Assembly: GCA_021815305.1 (NCBI GenBank)
Contig: JAKAHC010000002.1
Location: forward strand, 224,112 to 288,111
DNA length: 64,000 bases
Origin: Deltaproteobacteria bacterium
GTDB taxonomy: Bacteria > Desulfobacterota > Deferrimicrobia > Deferrimicrobiales > Deferrimicrobiaceae
Reading direction: 5' to 3'
The first letter of the stretch is position 1. Each line of letters opens with the position of its first letter. Below the pieces are notes generated by a model, which saw only the letters and a list, made by a program, of their open reading frames with translations, searched no databases and had not been told where the DNA came from. The position numbers and the translations under genes are program-made. Positions 32,181 through 44,476 of the stretch are shown piece by piece.

Positions 32181-33740
32181 GTCGCGTCCTCCACAGCTTG
32201 AACCGGATGCTGTCCACCAGGGCCTGCCAGGACGCCTCGATGATGTTGTGGGAGACGCCCACGGTTCCCCAGGTGGATTCCTTGTCCCCGGACCGTATCA
32301 AGACCCGTACCGAGGAACCGGTCCCTCCCTGCTGGATGACGCGCACCTTGTAGTCCAGAAGCGTCACCTCGGAGACTTCCGGATAGAACTTCTCGAGGGC
32401 CTTGCGCAGGGCGTGGTCCATCGCGTTTACCGGGCCGTTCCCCAAAGCCGCCGTGTGCTCCACCTTGCCGTCGACGTCGATCATGATCGTCGCCTCGGCG
32501 ATGGGGTCCTCCCGTTCGGACCGTTTTTCGTCGATGACCCGGAAGCCTTTCAGTTCGAAAAACGGTTTGTGCTCGCCCACCGCCCGCCGCGCCAGCAGTT
32601 CGAAGGAGGCGTCCGCCGCCTCGAACTGGTACCCCTTGTGTTCGAGCTCCTTGATCTCCTCGAGGATCTTCTCCGTGCCGGGGTCGCCGGACCGGAATTT
32701 CAGCCCCTGCTCCTGGATCTTCGAGAGGATGTTGCTGCGCCCGGCGAGGTCGGAGATGAGGACCCTCCGCCGGTTTCCCACGACCTCGGGCTCCACGTGC
32801 TCGTAGGTGCGGGGGTGGCGGCGGATCGCGGAGACGTGCATGCCGCCCTTGTGCGCGAAGGCCGCCTCGCCTACGTACGGCTGGTGGATCCAGCGCCCCA
32901 TGTTCGCCACTTCGGCGACATAGCGGGACAGCGCGGACAGATTCTTCATCCGCCCCCTGGGAATCACTTCCCTCCCCATCTTCAGTTGCAGGTTCGGGAT
33001 GATGGAGCAGAGGTTGGCGTTGCCGCACCGCTCCCCGTATCCGTTGATCGTCCCCTGCACCTGCGTGGCCCCGTTCTCCACCGCCGCGAGGGAGTTGGCC
33101 ACAGCCATCTCCCCGTCGTTGTGCGTGTGGATGCCCAGCGGGATGGCGGTCGCCTTCCGGACCTCCTTCACGATGCGGGCGATCTCCGAGGGGAGCCCCC
33201 CGCCGTTCGTGTCGCACAGGACAAGGCAGTCGGACCCGCTGTCGACCGCCGCCTCGAGGACCTTCATCGCGTACTTCGGGTTGAGCTTGTATCCGTCGAA
33301 GAAATGCTCCGCGTCGAAGAACACCTTTCCCGTGTGCCGTTTCAGGTATGCCACGGTCTCCTTCACGGCGCGCAGGTTCTCCTCGAGGGTGGTCCGCAGC
33401 GCCTCGGTGACGTGGAAGTCCCACGACTTCCCGACCACCGTGATCACCGGCGTCCCCGCGCCGACCAGGGCCTTCATGTTGGCGTCCTCGTCCACCTTCT
33501 TCCCGACCCGCCGGGTCATCCCGAAAGCGCAAACGGTGGAGTTCTTCCAGCGGATCTTCCTTGCCCGCTCGAAGAACTCCTTGTCCTTGGGATTGCTGCC
33601 GGGGTATCCGCCCTCGATGTAGTGGATCCCGAAATCGTCCAGCTTCTCCGCGACGGCGATCTTGTCGAGGACGGAAAGGGAAACCTCCTGGGACTGCGTC
33701 CCGTCCCGCAGCGTCGTATCGTAGAGAGTCACGGTCTTCA

Positions 33741-33741
<1 letters not shown>
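32152..33741 (-). CDS. cimA: (R)-citramalate synthase / 2-isopropylmalate synthase family (CimA-type).
   Basis: The ORF reads MKTVTLYDTTLRDGTQSQ, then HTHNDGEMAVANSLAAV, then a LeuA-dimer C-terminus. The start is the ATG at 33741 (ATGA with the lysC stop). The track's 964-aa ORF has a spurious extension. Confidence 0.8.
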
Positions 33742-34961
<1,220 letters not shown>

Positions 34962-34969
34962 CGCCTGCG

Positions 34970-35443
34970 TCACCCTCCTGGATGGAAGCGTTGGTACCGC
35001 GCCTGGAGATCGAGGAGCTCCGGCCGGTCCGGGGCCGAGACGGCAACCGATCGCCGGTCTTCGCCCGAAATCGACAATGTAACCCTTATGCAATTCGTTG
35101 GCAAGATTTCCGCCACCTTTTCGGCCCATTCCACGACGCACACCGCGTCGCTCCCGGCCAGGATCTCGTGGAGTCCGATCTCCTCCGCCTCCCGGACCGA
35201 GTCCAGGCGGTAGACGTCGGCGTGGACCAGCCGGACCCGTCCCTCGTGCTCCGTGATCATCGTGTAGGTGGGGCTTGCGATCCTCTCCGGGAGGATCCCC
35301 AACGCCTCGCCGATCCCCTTGCAGAAAAGGGTTTTCCCCGCTCCCAGGTCGCCGGTAAGGGCCACCACGTCCCCGGGACGAAGCGCCTCCCCCAGCATCC
35401 GTCCGATCGCAAAGGTGTCATCGGGTGCGTTCGAAGGGAACAC
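34970..35443 (-). CDS. tsaE: tRNA threonylcarbamoyladenosine biosynthesis protein TsaE.
   Basis: The Walker A motif GDLGAGKT and the SPTYTM.. ..YHADVYRL pattern are present. A GTG start has GAAGG upstream. Confidence 0.75.
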   Translation of the reverse strand: MFPSNAPDDTFAIGRMLGEALRPGDVVALTGDLGAGKTLFCKGIGEALGILPERIASPTYTMITEHEGRVRLVHADVYRLDSVREAEEIGLHEILAGSDAVCVVEWAEKVAEILPTNCIRVTLSISGEDRRSVAVSAPDRPELLDLQARYQRFHPGG

Positions 35444-35640
35444 GCAGACGCCTTCGGATTCGCGGGACCCTTCCGCTCCGCTACGCTCGCGACCTGCGTC
35501 CGTTCGCTGCGATTCCACCCGACGCAAGTTCCGCCTCGCTCCATACGCCGCCCTGCACGGACCCCCGGCGCCCATGGACGGGCAATCGCCGCGGATGTCC
35601 CGGTCGGCGAAAGCGTCCCCGTCGCGCCCCCCGCGTGAAA

Positions 35641-37221
35641 TCATTCTTTCGGCGGGGATTCGCCGAGGGTGTGCTGCAGCGCGCCCCGGATGTTGCCGAT
35701 CACGTCCGTGGCCGATACGGGAGTCATCGGGTGCTCCTGGAGGAGCAGATCCGCCGACATGCCGTGCAGGAAGACGCCGGCGCATGCCGCGTCCGTCGGG
35801 GAAAGCCCCTGGGAGGCCAGTGCGGCGATCATCCCGGTCAACGCGTCTCCCATGCCCCCGGAGGCCATGTACGGGTTCCCCGTGGTGTTGATGAAGACAT
35901 CCCCCTTGGGGGTGGCGACCAGCGTGCGGGCCCCTTTCAGGACCACCGTCACGCTCTCTTCCTCCGCAAGATGGCGCGCCGAGTCGATCCGTGACGCCTC
36001 GATCGACTCGATCGACTCCCGGGTGAGGCGGGACATCTCCCCCGGATGGGGGGTGACGAGGCACGGCGCCCCCGCGGTCTGCAGGACGTTCACCTGGCCG
36101 GAAAGGGCGTTCAGGGCATCAGCGTCCAGCAGGAAGGGAACCTTGATCCCGGGAAGGAGCTCCTTGAGAAACGCCGGCATCGCGTCGGTCGTTCCCAGTC
36201 CCGGACCCACGACGAGAACGTCGGCCTTCGCGACGATCGACAGAAGCGCCGGGATCATCGCCGGGGTGAAGTGGCCTCCCCCGTCGTCCGGGACGCCGGC
36301 GCACATCACCTCCATCTGCTTGGCCTCCACGATCGGCCGAAGCGACGCCGGCGTGACGACGGTGATCAGCCCCGCCCCCATCCGAAGCGCGGCAAGGCCC
36401 GCCAGGCACGGCGCGCCCGTCAGCCCGGGCGAGCCCCCGACGATAAAGACGCGGCCCGCGTCCCCCTTGTGGAAGTCCGGCGGACGGACGGCGAGCATGC
36501 TCTTGACGATCTGCTCGTCCAGCGCCTCCGTCTTGATTTCCGCGTCGAAGACCGCTCGCGAGGGGATGCCGATGTCGTAGATCTCCGTCTCTCCGCAGTG
36601 GATCGATCCGGGGAGCAGGACGTGGCCCAGCTTGAGCAGCCCGAACGTCCCCGTGTAGTCCGCGCGGACGGCCTCTCCAAGGATCCGGCCCGTCGTGGCG
36701 TCGATCCCGCTCGGGATGTCCACGGCGAAGACGGTGGCCATCGACAGGTTCACGACTTCCACGACTTCCCGCATGATCCCCGACAGCGGCGAGGACAGCC
36801 CCGTGCCGAGAATCGCGTCCACGACGAGGTGGACCTCCTCGAGGTACGTCCGCAAGTCCTCGACGCCCTCGGTGTCCCGGATCACGCGGATCTCCACGTC
36901 CATCCGGCGGAGGATCTCGTGCTGCGTCCGCGCATCCGCGGACAGCGCGTCCACTTCGCCCAGCAGGAACACCTCGACGTACACGCCGCGGTTGTGCAGG
37001 TGGCGCGCGATCACCATCCCGTCCCCGCCGTTGTTTCCCTTCCCGCAGACCACCGCGATGGAGGCCTCCTGCGGGGCTCCCACCTTCTCCTCGAGGACAC
37101 GGAGGATCCGGTCGCTGCACGACCGCCCCGCGTTCTCCATCAGAACGAGAGAGGGGACGCCGTATGTCTGGATCGTCACCCGATCCAGTTCGGCCATCTG
37201 GCGTGCGTTTGCGACTTTCAT
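35641..37221 (-). CDS. nnr: Bifunctional NAD(P)H-hydrate epimerase/dehydratase.
   Basis: An N-terminal YjeF-N domain (VVCGKGNNGGDG) precedes a C-terminal carbohydrate-kinase-like dehydratase domain (GPGLG...GDALTG). The ATG at 37221 overlaps the acpS stop (ATGA). Confidence 0.85.
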   Translation of the reverse strand: MKVANARQMAELDRVTIQTYGVPSLVLMENAGRSCSDRILRVLEEKVGAPQEASIAVVCGKGNNGGDGMVIARHLHNRGVYVEVFLLGEVDALSADARTQHEILRRMDVEIRVIRDTEGVEDLRTYLEEVHLVVDAILGTGLSSPLSGIMREVVEVVNLSMATVFAVDIPSGIDATTGRILGEAVRADYTGTFGLLKLGHVLLPGSIHCGETEIYDIGIPSRAVFDAEIKTEALDEQIVKSMLAVRPPDFHKGDAGRVFIVGGSPGLTGAPCLAGLAALRMGAGLITVVTPASLRPIVEAKQMEVMCAGVPDDGGGHFTPAMIPALLSIVAKADVLVVGPGLGTTDAMPAFLKELLPGIKVPFLLDADALNALSGQVNVLQTAGAPCLVTPHPGEMSRLTRESIESIEASRIDSARHLAEEESVTVVLKGARTLVATPKGDVFINTTGNPYMASGGMGDALTGMIAALASQGLSPTDAACAGVFLHGMSADLLLQEHPMTPVSATDVIGNIRGALQHTLGESPPKE

Positions 37222-37610
37222 TCCTTCCCTCCCGACGATTCGAGGATCACGAACGCAACCGCCTTCCCCCCATCGTGGGTGATGGAGACGTGGACGGTTT
37301 CGCCGCCCCGCCACTTCAGCCACTTGACCGCCTGACCGTGCAGACGGATGACGGGCCGGCCCATCGGCCCGCGCACCGTCTCCACGTCCCGCCACAGGAT
37401 CCCCTGGGCCTTTCCCGTCCCCAGGGCCTTCATCACCGCTTCCTTGACGGCGAACCTCCCCCCCAGCCGTTCGGCCGGGTTGGCGCCCTTCATCGCGTAA
37501 TCCTTCTCGGAGTCCGTGAAGACGCGCGCGAGGAACCGCTCCCCATGCCGTTCGAGCAGCCCGGCGATCCTTGCGACGTCCACGATGTCCACCCCGATCC
37601 CGGCGATCAT
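37218..37610 (-). CDS. acpS: Holo-[acyl-carrier-protein] synthase.
   Basis: The ORF reads MIAGIGVDIVDVARI...FAVKEAVMKALG. Confidence 0.85.
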   Translation of the reverse strand: MIAGIGVDIVDVARIAGLLERHGERFLARVFTDSEKDYAMKGANPAERLGGRFAVKEAVMKALGTGKAQGILWRDVETVRGPMGRPVIRLHGQAVKWLKWRGGETVHVSITHDGGKAVAFVILESSGGKE

Positions 37611-38386
37611 TCGAGGGGGACACTCCTGGTTCCGTCCCGGGTCGAAGGGAAAGAGCGTCCTCCGCCAAGGTGGATCAGGTCCGCGATCTCTTTCACCGCC
37701 GCCGGGAGCCCCAGGAATATCGCCCGGGCGATGATGCTGTGGCCGATGTTGAACTCCTCTATCCCTTCGATGGCGAGGACGGGGACGATGTTGCGCACGT
37801 CCAGACCGTGCCCCGCGAACACCTTGAGCCCCAGGGAGCCTCCGTAGAACGCCGCGACGCGGATCCTGGCCAGCTCCTCCCCGTACTTCCCGGTGCGGAA
37901 CGCCTCGCAATAGGTCCCCGTGTGAAGTTCGACCGCATCCGCCGCCACCTGCCGGGACGCCCGGACCTGGGCCAGGTCCGGGTCGATGAACATGCTCACG
38001 AGGATCCCCGCGGTTTTCAGGCGCGCGACCGTCGCAATCAGCGCCTCCCGCTGCCCGAGAACGTCCAGGCCCCCCTCGGTGGTGATCTCCTCGCGCTTTT
38101 CCGGGACAAGGGTCGCGGACCGGGGTTTCAGTTCGCAGGCGATCCGGGTCATCTCCTCCGTCGCCGCCATCTCCAGGTTGATGCGGGTGGTCACGATGTT
38201 CCGGAGCGCCGTCAGGTCCCCGTCCTGGATGTGCCGCCGGTCCTCCCGAAGGTGCACCGTGATGCCGTCGGCCCCGGAAAGCTCGGCGATCGCCGCGGCG
38301 GCGGCCGGTTCCGGGGTGGCTCCCCGCCTTGCCTGGCGCAGCGTCGCCACGTGGTCGATGTTTACCCCGAGCCGCTTCCGCAACAT
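37607..38386 (-). CDS. pdxJ: Pyridoxine 5'-phosphate synthase.
   Basis: The ORF contains LGVNIDHVATLRQAR, HLREDRRHI and ELHTG.Y. Confidence 0.9.
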   Translation of the reverse strand: MLRKRLGVNIDHVATLRQARRGATPEPAAAAAIAELSGADGITVHLREDRRHIQDGDLTALRNIVTTRINLEMAATEEMTRIACELKPRSATLVPEKREEITTEGGLDVLGQREALIATVARLKTAGILVSMFIDPDLAQVRASRQVAADAVELHTGTYCEAFRTGKYGEELARIRVAAFYGGSLGLKVFAGHGLDVRNIVPVLAIEGIEEFNIGHSIIARAIFLGLPAAVKEIADLIHLGGGRSFPSTRDGTRSVPLE

Positions 38387-38388
38387 GG

Positions 38389-39741
38389 CTATTGCCCTTC
38401 TGCCCTGGCCTTCTCGGCGAGGGACATCACCATCGCTTCCACCTCCGCGCGGTTGTGCCCTTCCACCATGATGCGCAGCAGCGGCTCCGTGCCGCTGTAC
38501 CGCACGACGATCCGGCCCCGGCTTCCCAGTTTCCGCTCGAACTCCTCTTTCGCTTTCTGGAACCTCTTCATCGATTCCAGAGGGACCCGTTGCTTCATCC
38601 GCACGTTGTGCAGCACCTGGGGGAATACGGCCAGCCGGTCCCCGAGCTCGGAGAGCCTCTTTCCCGAATCCACCATCACGGCGAGCAACTGCAGCGCCGC
38701 GAGGACGCCGTCGCCCGTGGTGGCATAGTCGGTGAAGATCAGGTGCCCCGACTGCTCCCCGCCGAAGTTGTACCCGCCCTCGCGCATCGCCTCGACGACG
38801 TACCGGTCCCCCACCTGGGTTCGGACCAGCCGGATCCTGCGCTCCTTGAGATAGAGCTCCAGCCCGATGTTGCTCATCACGGTGGCGACCACCGTGTTCC
38901 TGGCAAGCCGTTTCCTGTGGGCGAACTCCTCGGCGCAGATCGCCATGATCCGGTCGCCGTCCAGCACGTCCCCCTTCTGGTCGACGATGATGACCCGGTC
39001 GGCGTCGCCGTCCAGGGAGATCCCCAGGTCCGCACGCGCCTCCTTGACCTTCGCCGAGACGACCTCCGGGTACAGGGAGCCGCACTGGTCGTTGATGTTC
39101 AGTCCGTTCGGCTGAACCCCGATCGTGATCACCTCGGCGCCCAGTTCGGCGAACACCTGCGGGGCGATCCGGTACGCAGCGCCGTTGGCGCAATCGACCA
39201 CGATCCGCAGTCCCTCGAGGGACAGGTGGGCCGGGAAGGTGCTCTTGAGGTACACGATGTACCGCCCCGTGGCGTCGTCGATCCGGTGGGCGCGGCCGAT
39301 CTCCGGGGATGAGGGGCGGCTCTCCTTCAGCTGCTCCCCGTACATCAGCCCTTCGATGCGGGACTCGACATCGTCCGGAAGCTTGTACCCGTCCCGGCCG
39401 AAAAACTTGATTCCGTTGTCGGGGTACGGGTTGTGGGACGCGGAGATCACGACGCCGGCGTCCGCCCGCATCGAGTGCGTGAGAAACGCGATCCCGGGAG
39501 TGGGCATGGGGCCCACCAGCAGCACGTCGCCTCCCATCGCGCAGATGCCGGCGGAGAGCGCCGTTTCGAACATGTATCCGGACAACCGCGTGTCCTTGCC
39601 GATGACGACCTTGTGGCGGCCCGAATGGTTGCGGAAAAGGTGGGCCACCGCCTGGCCGAGGGCCAGGGCGGTCTCCACGGTCATGGGGTGAGTGTTGGCC
39701 ACCCCCCGTACTCCGTCGGTTCCGAACAGCTTCCTGACCAA
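38389..39741 (-). CDS. glmM: Phosphoglucosamine mutase.
   Basis: The ORF contains LFGTDGVRG, the active-site serine in SASHNP and DGDADR. A TTG start has GGGAGGG upstream. Confidence 0.9.
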   Translation of the reverse strand: MVRKLFGTDGVRGVANTHPMTVETALALGQAVAHLFRNHSGRHKVVIGKDTRLSGYMFETALSAGICAMGGDVLLVGPMPTPGIAFLTHSMRADAGVVISASHNPYPDNGIKFFGRDGYKLPDDVESRIEGLMYGEQLKESRPSSPEIGRAHRIDDATGRYIVYLKSTFPAHLSLEGLRIVVDCANGAAYRIAPQVFAELGAEVITIGVQPNGLNINDQCGSLYPEVVSAKVKEARADLGISLDGDADRVIIVDQKGDVLDGDRIMAICAEEFAHRKRLARNTVVATVMSNIGLELYLKERRIRLVRTQVGDRYVVEAMREGGYNFGGEQSGHLIFTDYATTGDGVLAALQLLAVMVDSGKRLSELGDRLAVFPQVLHNVRMKQRVPLESMKRFQKAKEEFERKLGSRGRIVVRYSGTEPLLRIMVEGHNRAEVEAMVMSLAEKARAEGQ

Positions 39742-39863
39742 GGGAACCCTCCCGGTGCTGGATCTCTCATCGGCGCGGGATATCTTCGCCTTAACCTTTC
39801 AGCATAGTGGAATCGAAACAGGAACGGAAGGAGAACCGTGGATCCCTCCGGGGATGCGGATCG

Positions 39864-40553
39864 TTACCCCCCCGCCCCTCCCTTGCGGAACGTGATCGTC
39901 ACGCGGACGTTCGTGACCCCCACGATTCTTGCGTGCATTTCGCGCAATTCCAGCCGCGCCGTCGTCGTGTACGTCTGCGTGTCGGTGTCCGGGAGGATCT
40001 CCTCGGTGGAGACGGACGACATCTTGGAGAGTTCGTCGGGTAGCGCCTCGACCTCGACTTCCGGGGGAACGATCGCGATTTTTGCGATCCGCTTACGGAC
40101 CGCCGGCCCCCCCCCGATCCTCGCCACCACGGGAAAAACGCGCCGCACCGTCTTTTCGAGGACCACCTCGACGGCCGAAGGGAAGATCCGCTGCACCGTG
40201 GTTCCCGCGGGCACCTTCACCGTGCGGTCGTCCAGGGTGATGTACTGGCGTCCCAAACGCCCGCCCGAGAGGTCGATCGAGGCGGAGATGTCCGACGGGC
40301 GGAGTCCCGACAGGAGGGAGGCAGGCCCCGACACCCGGACCTCCACCTGTCGCTCCACCTTGTTGATGACCGTCAGCCCCTTCGGCACATCGCGGATCTC
40401 CAGGGGGACGTTGAACCCCACCAGCACCTTGCTCTCGCCGGCGACGAACCACCATGCCACGATCGCCAGCCCCAGGGCGAGGAACTTCAGGCCGACGTTG
40501 TGGCTTGCGAATCGTTTCAGCACCCGCGGAAGGTCGGAGACGCTCCCTCTCAC
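39864..40553 (-). CDS. cdaR: CdaR/YbbR-like regulator of diadenylate cyclase.
   Basis: An N-terminal TM segment is followed by YbbR-like repeats. The GTG start overlaps the cdaA stop (GTGA). Confidence 0.7.
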   Translation of the reverse strand: MRGSVSDLPRVLKRFASHNVGLKFLALGLAIVAWWFVAGESKVLVGFNVPLEIRDVPKGLTVINKVERQVEVRVSGPASLLSGLRPSDISASIDLSGGRLGRQYITLDDRTVKVPAGTTVQRIFPSAVEVVLEKTVRRVFPVVARIGGGPAVRKRIAKIAIVPPEVEVEALPDELSKMSSVSTEEILPDTDTQTYTTTARLELREMHARIVGVTNVRVTITFRKGGAGG

Positions 40554-41320
40554 TTTCCCTTCCTCCCCCCGCCGCCGAACAGCTTGTCCAGCGTATCCCG
40601 CAGTTGCTCCGGCGTATCCGTTTTCCTTGCCCCGAGGTTGGAGAAGACGGTGACGTTCCCCGTTTCCTCGGAAACGACGACGGCCACGGCGTCCGTGTCC
40701 ATCGTGACGCCGAACGCCGCCCGGTGGCGCGTCCCCATCTTGATCGTCTCCAGCGACTCCGCGGGGATCGGCAGAATCACCCCGGCGGCGGCGATCCGGT
40801 TCCCGCGCAGGACCACCGCACCGTCGTGGACCGGCGATCCCGGGGCGAAGATCGCCGCCGCGAGGTCATGGGAATAGAGGGCGTCCATCCTCCGGCCGTG
40901 CTCCACGAACTCCTCGAGCCCCATCTCCCGCTCCAGGAGCAGGATGGCGCCGATGCGTTCCCGCGCGAAGTGAAATGCGCTGAAGGAGAGCTGCTCGATC
41001 AGGTCCGGATCGGGGGCGTTCCCCTTCCCCCCGAGAATCCGCCACTGGCCGATCCTGGCCAGCCCCCTGCGGATCTCGTTCTGGAAGACGACCACCAGCA
41101 CGACGAGGATGTTTCCCAGGACGTTCCCCACCAGCCACTGGAAGGTCACCATGCCGGCCTTTTTGGAGATGACGTACAGCACCATGAGCGCCAGCAGGCC
41201 GAAGAGCATCTGGACGGCCCGCGTGCCGCGGATGAACAGGAGGATCCAATAGATGATGAACGCCACCAGAAGGACGTCGAGGACATCCACCGCTCGGATG
41301 GGAGGAATCGCGTCGATCAC
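40550..41320 (-). CDS. cdaA: Diadenylate cyclase (c-di-AMP synthase) CdaA.
   Basis: Three N-terminal TM helices precede a DAC domain (DGAVVL...RHRAA.G..E.TDA..VVVSEETG). The GTG start overlaps the folP stop. Confidence 0.85.
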   Translation of the reverse strand: MIDAIPPIRAVDVLDVLLVAFIIYWILLFIRGTRAVQMLFGLLALMVLYVISKKAGMVTFQWLVGNVLGNILVVLVVVFQNEIRRGLARIGQWRILGGKGNAPDPDLIEQLSFSAFHFARERIGAILLLEREMGLEEFVEHGRRMDALYSHDLAAAIFAPGSPVHDGAVVLRGNRIAAAGVILPIPAESLETIKMGTRHRAAFGVTMDTDAVAVVVSEETGNVTVFSNLGARKTDTPEQLRDTLDKLFGGGGRKGK

Positions 41321-42480
41321 GCCATGGGCCCCCGGATCGCTTCCGCCACCCTTACCACCTCCCGCATCTCCCTCACGTCGTGCACGCGCACGACGTGCGC
41401 GCCGTGCAGCACCGCCGCGGTCACCGAAGCCGCAGTGCCGTAGGCCCTGTCCGCCGCCGGCTTCCCGGTAAGCGTGCCCAGGAACCCCTTTCTCGACGGG
41501 CCGAATACGATCGGCCGGCCGAGGACCCGGAGCTCCTCGAGGTGCCGGTGCAGCTCCAGGTTGTCCTCGAACCGCTTCCCGAATCCGATGCCGGGGTCGA
41601 CGAGGATCCGCTCCCGCTCGATCCCCGCCTCCACCGCCGCTTCGATCCGGTCCGAGAGCTCCCCGAGGAGCTCATCGAACAGCGAATCGTAGTGCGGCGC
41701 CTCCTGCATCGTCTCGGGGGTTCCCCGGCGATGCATCAGCACCACGGCGCACCCCGCATCCCGCACGATGTCCGCCATCCCGGGGTCGTCCGCGAGGGCG
41801 CTCGTGTCGTTGACGATCCTGGCGCCTGCCGCGATCGCCTCCCGAGCTACGGAAGCCTTCGTCGTGTCCACGGAGAGGACCGCGTCCGTCCCTTCGGCAA
41901 GTCCCCGCAGCACCGGGATCACCCGGGACAGCTCCTCTTCCGGGGACACCGGCCTGGAACCGGGCCGGGAGGATTCCCCTCCCACGTCGAGGATCTCCGC
42001 ACCCTCGGAGGCCATCGCGATCCCCCGCGTCACCGCCTCCGCCGCGGACCGGTAGGCGCCGCCGTCGGAGAAGGAATCGGGCGTGACGTTCACGATCCCC
42101 ATGATCCTTGGGGTGCCGGAAAGGTCGATGCCGCCGTCGGGGATGGGAACGTGGAAAGCCCTGGTGAAGCTCTTCGCAACCGACACGGCCGAAGCCCGCA
42201 AGACCCCTGCCCACGGAGCCTTCCTCGCCCATTCCTCCGCCTGTGCGAACGACGAAGGGGAGAACAGCAGGTGCGATCCGGTCCGAAGCACCGGGATCCC
42301 CTCCGCCGCCAGCAACCGCTCGATCCGGGGGTCCCCGGCGTCTTCCAGCTCCAGGGGAGCGGCCGCCACCAGCGCCCGCAGGTTCCGGAGAAACGCTTCC
42401 GCAGGCCCGGTTTGCGCTCCGAAAGCGCGCAGCCGGTCGCGGACCGTCGCGGGGTCGCCCGCCGGAAAGACCCGGACCAC
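41317..42480 (-). CDS. folP: Dihydropteroate synthase with an approximately 125-aa N-terminal extension of unknown function. The start is uncertain.
   Basis: The pterin-binding core MGIVNVTPDSFSDGG...DVGGESSRPG...NDTS...GIGFGK begins at the ATG at 42102. The same frame stays open, with high GC3, back to a GTG at 42480 or a TTG at 42495 just after the ftsH stop. Confidence 0.7.
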   Translation of the reverse strand: MVRVFPAGDPATVRDRLRAFGAQTGPAEAFLRNLRALVAAAPLELEDAGDPRIERLLAAEGIPVLRTGSHLLFSPSSFAQAEEWARKAPWAGVLRASAVSVAKSFTRAFHVPIPDGGIDLSGTPRIMGIVNVTPDSFSDGGAYRSAAEAVTRGIAMASEGAEILDVGGESSRPGSRPVSPEEELSRVIPVLRGLAEGTDAVLSVDTTKASVAREAIAAGARIVNDTSALADDPGMADIVRDAGCAVVLMHRRGTPETMQEAPHYDSLFDELLGELSDRIEAAVEAGIERERILVDPGIGFGKRFEDNLELHRHLEELRVLGRPIVFGPSRKGFLGTLTGKPAADRAYGTAASVTAAVLHGAHVVRVHDVREMREVVRVAEAIRGPMA

Positions 42481-42497
42481 CCCGTTTCGAGACAATG

Positions 42498-44351
42498 TCA
42501 GGCGGGGGCTCCTGCCTGCGCCGGCGATCCCCCGGGGCCCTCCGGAAGGACCGCCTCCTGGATGATCCGTTGGATCTCCGCCCCGTCGACCACTTCCTTC
42601 TCCAGGAGCCGTTTCGCCACGTTGTGCAGGATCTCGATGTGCGTGGAAAGCAGGGTCTTCGCCCGCTCGTAGCCGCCGTTGACGAATCCCCGCACTTCCT
42701 GGTCGATGTCCCGGGCGGTCGCCTCGCTGTAGTCCTGATGGCGCGTGAAATCGCGGCCCAGGAAAATCGCCTCCTGCTTCTGGCCGAACGTCACCGGCCC
42801 CAGCTTCTCGCTCATTCCCCACTCGCAGACCATCTTCCGCGCAAGGGCCGTGGCGCGCTCCAGGTCGTTCCCCGCACCGGTGGTGAGCTCGCCGCGCACC
42901 AATTCCTCGGCGACGCGTCCCCCCATCAGGATGGTGATGTTGTTGTTCAGGTACTCCTTCGAGTAGGTGTGCCGCTCGTCGATCGGCAGCTGCTGCGTGA
43001 TTCCGAGGGCCATCCCGCGCGGGATGATGCTCACCTTGTGGATCGGATCGGCGCCGGGGGTGAGCGTGGCGACGATCGCGTGGCCCGCCTCGTGGTAGGC
43101 GGTGGATCGCTTCTCCTCGTCGCTGATGATCATCGAGCGCCGCTCGCGCCCCATCATCACCTTGTCCTTTGCGCTCTCGAAGCAGTCCATCGTGACCTTG
43201 GCCAGGTTGGTGCTCGCGGCGTGCAGCGCCGCCTCGTTGGCGAGGTTGGCGAGGTCGGCGCCCGTGAACCCCGGGGTCCCCTTCGCCAGCACCTCGAGGT
43301 TGACGTCTTCGGCCAGCGGGATCTTCCGCACGTGAACGCCCAGGATCTGCTCCCTGCCCTTTACGTCGGGCTTGGGGACCACCACCTGCCGGTCGAACCG
43401 CCCGGGTCGCATCAGCGCCGGATCGAGCACGTCGGGCCGGTTCGTCGCGGCGATGAGGATGAGCCCCTCGGTCGACTCGAAGCCGTCCATCTCGACGAGG
43501 AGCTGGTTCAACGTCTGCTCCCGCTCGTCGTGGCCGCCTCCGAGTCCCGCCCCGCGGTGCCGACCGACCGCGTCGATCTCGTCGATGAAGATGATGCAGG
43601 GAGCGGATTTCTTCCCCTGGATGAAGAGGTCGCGCACCCGCGCCGCGCCGACACCCACGAACATCTCCACGAAGTCGGACCCGCTGATGGAGAAGAACGG
43701 GACCCCGGCTTCCCCGGCGATGGCCCGCGCCAGGAGCGTTTTCCCCGTGCCGGGGGAACCGACGAGCAGCACCCCCTTCGGGATGCGGCCCCCAAGCTTG
43801 GTGAACTTCTTGGGGTCCTTGAGGAACGCGATGATTTCCTGCAGCTCCTCCTTGGCCTCCTCGATGCCGGCCACGTCGGCGAAGGTCACCTTGTTCGTCG
43901 ATTCGGTCAAAAGCTTCGCCCGGCTTTTCCCGAACGACATCGCCTTCCCGCCGCCCGCCTGCATCTGGCGCATGAAGAAAACCCACACGCCGATCAGCAG
44001 CAGCATCGGCAGCCAGGAGACCAGCAGCGACATGTACCACGGGTTGTCGTCGATGGGTTTGGCCGTGATCTGCACGTTCTTTTCGCGCAGGTTCTTCACG
44101 AGCTCGGGATCGTCCGGGGCATACGTGTGGAACGACTTCTTCTCCTTGCCGGCGTTGTCCACGTACTTCCCGGTGATCTCCTGCCCCTTGATGGTGACCT
44201 CTTTCACCTTGCCGGAGTCCACCGCCTGGAGGAAGGAGGAGAAAGAGATCTCCTCGTGCTCGACCTTGTGGGTCTTGAACGTGTTGAAGAGGAAGACCAT
44301 CGCAAGCGCGATGAGCATCCAGAGGGCGAGATTGCGATAGAACTGGTTCAA
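42498..44351 (-). CDS. ftsH: ATP-dependent zinc metalloprotease FtsH.
   Basis: Two TM helices are followed by an AAA module ([13 protein letters not shown], the second region of homology) and the HEAGHAI zinc site. A TTG start at 44351 has AGGAGA 9 nt upstream. Confidence 0.9.
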   Translation of the reverse strand: MNQFYRNLALWMLIALAMVFLFNTFKTHKVEHEEISFSSFLQAVDSGKVKEVTIKGQEITGKYVDNAGKEKKSFHTYAPDDPELVKNLREKNVQITAKPIDDNPWYMSLLVSWLPMLLLIGVWVFFMRQMQAGGGKAMSFGKSRAKLLTESTNKVTFADVAGIEEAKEELQEIIAFLKDPKKFTKLGGRIPKGVLLVGSPGTGKTLLARAIAGEAGVPFFSISGSDFVEMFVGVGAARVRDLFIQGKKSAPCIIFIDEIDAVGRHRGAGLGGGHDEREQTLNQLLVEMDGFESTEGLILIAATNRPDVLDPALMRPGRFDRQVVVPKPDVKGREQILGVHVRKIPLAEDVNLEVLAKGTPGFTGADLANLANEAALHAASTNLAKVTMDCFESAKDKVMMGRERRSMIISDEEKRSTAYHEAGHAIVATLTPGADPIHKVSIIPRGMALGITQQLPIDERHTYSKEYLNNNITILMGGRVAEELVRGELTTGAGNDLERATALARKMVCEWGMSEKLGPVTFGQKQEAIFLGRDFTRHQDYSEATARDIDQEVRGFVNGGYERAKTLLSTHIEILHNVAKRLLEKEVVDGAEIQRIIQEAVLPEGPGGSPAQAGAPA

Positions 44352-44476
44352 GTTTCAGAGTCTCCTGTGGATGGGGATATCCCGTCGATCGGGACTCTCC
44401 TCCCATTCTTGTTATTTGATGCGCCGCGGCTAACTTACGGATCCCTTTCCTATCTTAGCACACGGGGGCGCGGTGT

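Noticed and set aside
41317-44406. A 1029-aa minus-strand ORF that appears to fuse folP with a large N-terminal region.
   Set aside because: Its upstream 640 aa are an out-of-frame read through ftsH. It was resolved into ftsH (42498-44351) plus folP starting just after the ftsH stop.
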